From Tubulanus polymorphus (taxonomy: Eukaryota > Animalia > Nemertea): a stretch of 64,000 bases of DNA. The position numbers were made by a program, and so were the translations under genes. The notes beneath the pieces were generated by a model. The model made no database searches, had not been told where the DNA came from, and saw only the letters and a program-made list of their open reading frames with translations. This document shows, piece by piece, positions 60,601 through 64,000 of the stretch (the stretch's first letter is position 1; the number at the start of each line of letters is the position of its first letter). The stretch is from assembly GCF_964204645.1 (NCBI RefSeq), contig NC_134028.1, positions 15,693,653 to 15,757,652 of the forward strand, in the 5' to 3' direction.

Positions 60601-61752
60601 GATAAAAAATCTAAATCTAGAAATCTAGCATACTGTCCAGAACATAAAACTGTAACACATGAAGAATTATCAAATTACCAAAAAAGAATTAAACCCGAAA
60701 ATCATATTCATACAGAAAAGTTAATGGTAACTCAGGAAGATAAATATAATTATGTAGTACATTATAGAATGTTGAAGTTTAATTTGAATCAAGGAATGAT
60801 TCTAAAAAAAGTACATAGATATATTTTATTTAGTCAATCTAAATGGTTAGAAAAATATATAGATTTTAACACCAAACAGAGAACTAAAGCTAAAACTGAT
60901 TTCGAAAAAGATTTCTTCAAACTAATGAATAATGCATTCTATGGTAAGACTTGTGAAAATATTAGAAATAGAAATGATATTGAGTTAGTTAGTAATGGTA
61001 AAAGAATTAGACATTCACAAACATATCCTAAATTTATGGGTAACAGAATATTTGATGAAAATTTAGCTGCAATTAAAATGAGAACTTCTATGAAATTTAA
61101 TAAACCAATTTATGTTGGTGCTTCAGTTTTAGAAATATCAAAGTTATTAATGTATGAATTTTACTATAACGTATTACAACCTCATTTTGGAGAAAAACAT
61201 ATAGAAATCTTATATTTTGATACTGATTCTTACATATTAAAGATAAAAACTAATAACATAACAGATGATTTAAAAACATTAAAACATCATTTTGATTTTA
61301 TTAATTATCCTAAAGATCATGAATTGTATAACAACGATAATAAAAAGGTGCCCGGTATATTCAAAGATGAATTAGGAGGTGAAGAAATGATAGAATTTAT
61401 AGGTATTAGATCTAAAATGTATTCATATAAAACTAAAGAACATGAAGCTAAAAAGTTAAAAGGAATTACCAAAAGTGTAGTAGAAAAGAATATTCATTTC
61501 AAAGATTACATCAATTGTATATTCAATGAAGAAGTTAGAAAACATAAGATGAGATGTTTAAGATCTGAAGATCATGAAATGTTTATTGAAGAGATACAGA
61601 AGATAAGTCTTAACCCATTTGATGATAAAAGATATATTTTAGATGATGGAATTCATACAGTTGCATATGGTTGCAATTTAGATGAATACGTAAAATTTAA
61701 AAGAGAAGAAACAAAAGAGAAGGAAATAATGAAAAGAATTCTAGCGTGTTAA
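57700..61752 (+). pseudogene. polB: Full-length pPolB of copy D (multiple stops and frameshifts)
   Basis: All exonuclease and polymerase motifs present in order. Confidence 0.92.
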
Positions 61753-61781
61753 TCAAATTTTAATAAAAATATGTATTATAA

Positions 61782-62132
61782 ATGGAGAGTAAACAAGCAC
61801 ACAATGAGAACAACAAATCATTTCTAGATAGAATAAAAGATACTTCAAATGTCAAATCAGTAGATTATAAATTTAAGAAGTTAAAAGAATTAACAATCCA
61901 TAAAATATCTAATTACAAATATTGATACAGTTACTAACAAATATGCTAGTAAATTAGTCATACACTTAGAATATGAAGGATTAAAAGGAAATACATATAA
62001 ATTCAGAACATATTTACCAGATAGATTTCATAGATTATCAAGCAGAGATTTAGAAGAATTATGTTCTGAAATTTCTATTTCATATACAAAGGTAAGAATG
62101 AAAAAGGGCACCATGAAATAGATTTCGAATAG
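61782..62132 (+). pseudogene. 117-aa protein homologue, copy D (frameshifted)
   Basis: TATAAATG start, MESKQAHNENNKSFLDRIKD. Confidence 0.7.
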
Positions 62133-62146
62133 AATATGTAAAAAAA

Positions 62147-62907
62147 ATGGTGGAATTAAAAGAATACAGAATATTTGTTGATTCTAGAAGACTTACTTAT
62201 TATAAATCACATAATTTACTAGTACAATTAGATAGAGAATTTAAGAATTGTGTTGATTTAAATTTAGTAAATATAAGTTTATGTAACTCATTTTACGATA
62301 TATCGAATAAAACTGTTGAACATAGAGCCTTTTTAATTTTTAATAAAAATAAAAATGAATGGGCCTATATATATTTAAAACCAGGGTTATATAATTTAGA
62401 TACATTGGCACAAGAAATTAATAGAAAAACCTGGCACAAGTCAGGTAATAATTCCGGGTTTAATATTAGATTTTTAAAAAGTGAGAGTTCTAACAAAATA
62501 AAGATAAGGTTGTCTAATATTGAAAAACATAAATTTATGGTAAAAAACCTATAGCTAAACTGTTAGGAATTACTCCAGATAGATCTTTTACAAATATTGA
62601 TGCTTCTACACCAAACTTAATACCTTACACGCATTTTTATATTTATTGCAATTTAATCGATCCTACAAAAACATTCGAAGCAACAAAAGATATAACTTGT
62701 AATTCTGGTTTAGTGAATATTTTACCATTGAAGAATGTTAAAGAATTTGGAACGCAAATAAATTATAATTTAACAGAATGTGATTTCAAACCATGCATTC
62801 CTCAATTTAATAATTTTAGATTAGAAATTAGAAATCATAATGGATATTTAATTGATTTGAATAACTTTCCTGTGATATATGAATTAGTTATAAGATGTAG
62901 AGAGTAA
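62147..62907 (+). pseudogene. Putative minor capsid protein, copy D
   Basis: Homologous to 36515-37275. Confidence 0.7.
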
Positions 62908-62923
62908 TTTTTTCACTATATAA

Positions 62924-63262
62924 ATGAATATAACTGTTGGACCGAGTATATGTTTTGGGTTTGATTTTAAACATGGTAAAGAAATGAGAATTAAACTTAA
63001 TGATGTAATTACTGATATAAAAAGTAAATCATTTAACAATGCATCAATGATTAATAAAGAAAATTATAATATAGAAAAAGTAATTGATTTAATTAAAACA
63101 CCTTTAGAATATTATGAATTAAATGAAGATGGAATTATTGATGATATTAAAAACATATTATCTAAAATATATGATAATCATAAAAGTAGTAATGAAATAA
63201 ACGTTGAATTAATCATCACTAAGATAACTAAATATTTTGAAGATAGTAATTTTTTTGATTAA
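62924..63262 (+). CDS. Unknown 112-aa protein, copy D
   Basis: Homologous to 25398-25757. Confidence 0.6.
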   Translation: MNITVGPSICFGFDFKHGKEMRIKLNDVITDIKSKSFNNASMINKENYNIEKVIDLIKTPLEYYELNEDGIIDDIKNILSKIYDNHKSSNEINVELIITKITKYFEDSNFFD

Positions 63263-63265
63263 TAA

Positions 63266-63939
63266 ATGAGTGATAATAAGTGGATAATAACTGGATTATA
63301 TAATGGAGCCTGACTATCAGTCGGAACTGTTGGTTTAATACAATGGTATTAAAAAAAGTATTTAAAATGGGAAGTGTCAATGTTGATAGATTTGATATAA
63401 ATGATATTCTAAAATTAACATTAGCAGTTACTTTATCTAATTTAACTATTGATTATTTGGAAAAACAAAAATATAATCCTCCTATATAAGAAGTGCATAA
63501 TTTTTTTGCTAAATAAATGGCTTCTGCAATTATAACTATTATAGGATCGGCAATTGTTAACGCTTTAGCATTTACTGGTGGTGGATATTTATTTAAACAT
63601 ATTGATAAAAATGGATCATTATCAGAACAAAAAAGACATAACTTAGCATTAGAGAAATACAATAAAGCAGCAGAAAAATACAGATAAAAGAGACAAAACT
63701 ATATGGATTGCATCAATAAAGAATTATATGATCAGAAGATTTCACATAGAAATTTTCAATCAGTCGATGATGCAATGAGTTTATATAACGCAGTAACCAA
63801 TAAAGAAAAATTACATCTATACAAACCTAAATTATCAGATTATTATACCCCAAGTAAAGAACAGAAGAAATATGAAATAATTTGGATTTTAGGTGGAACT
63901 GTTATTGTTATATTTGTAGCATATAAATATACTAATTAG
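63266..63939 (+). pseudogene. Two small hydrophobic protein genes, copy D (63266-63489; 63517-63939)
   Basis: Homologous to 37636-37857 and 37885-38307. Confidence 0.65.
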
Positions 63940-64000
63940 TAATTTTTTGGTTAAATAAATGGATGATAAAGTTGATAATATTGATATTATTCCTCATGAT

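Larger units (their letters stand above)
57472..64000 (+). mobile_element. Polinton copy D (left part; runs off the window)
   Basis: AGT terminus and hairpin 57472-57620, pPolB, 117-aa ORF, penton-like gene, small ORFs. Confidence 0.9.

Noticed and set aside
11045-63939. Alternative genetic code or programmed frameshifting explaining the broken ORFs
   Set aside because: Stops and frameshifts fall at different positions in each copy, as expected from decay or sequencing error.

Overview
This is AT-rich eukaryotic DNA, probably from an invertebrate, made almost entirely of nested and decayed mobile elements; I recognise no host gene. It is dominated by four copies (A-D) of a Polinton/Maverick-type endogenous DNA virus. 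A (10658-14492) is a left end plus pPolB. B (14493-30875) is a near-complete ~16.4 kb copy. C (~33372-56650) is split by a 7.45 kb Helentron-like element and a Penelope-like insert. D runs from 57472 to the window end. The gene set is protein-primed PolB, rve integrase with chromodomain, A32-like packaging ATPase, putative major and minor capsid proteins, an HNH endonuclease, a Zn-finger protein and several membrane proteins, with no recognisable adenain-type protease. The most unusual feature is that every element end is itself a long hairpin (AGTAATAGGG...CCCTATTACT) whose arm sequence differs between ends while pairing is kept. A second array of covarying palindromes sits between the two convergent gene blocks, and nearly every ORF starts at TAAATG. 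Also present are Gypsy and BEL/Pao remnants, an intron-containing hAT transposon with a 5-bp TSD, a TIR element carrying a USP Cys-box exon, LINE fragments, MITEs, a 31-bp satellite and two minimal hammerhead ribozyme motifs. All assignments come from motif recognition by eye; no database searches were run.
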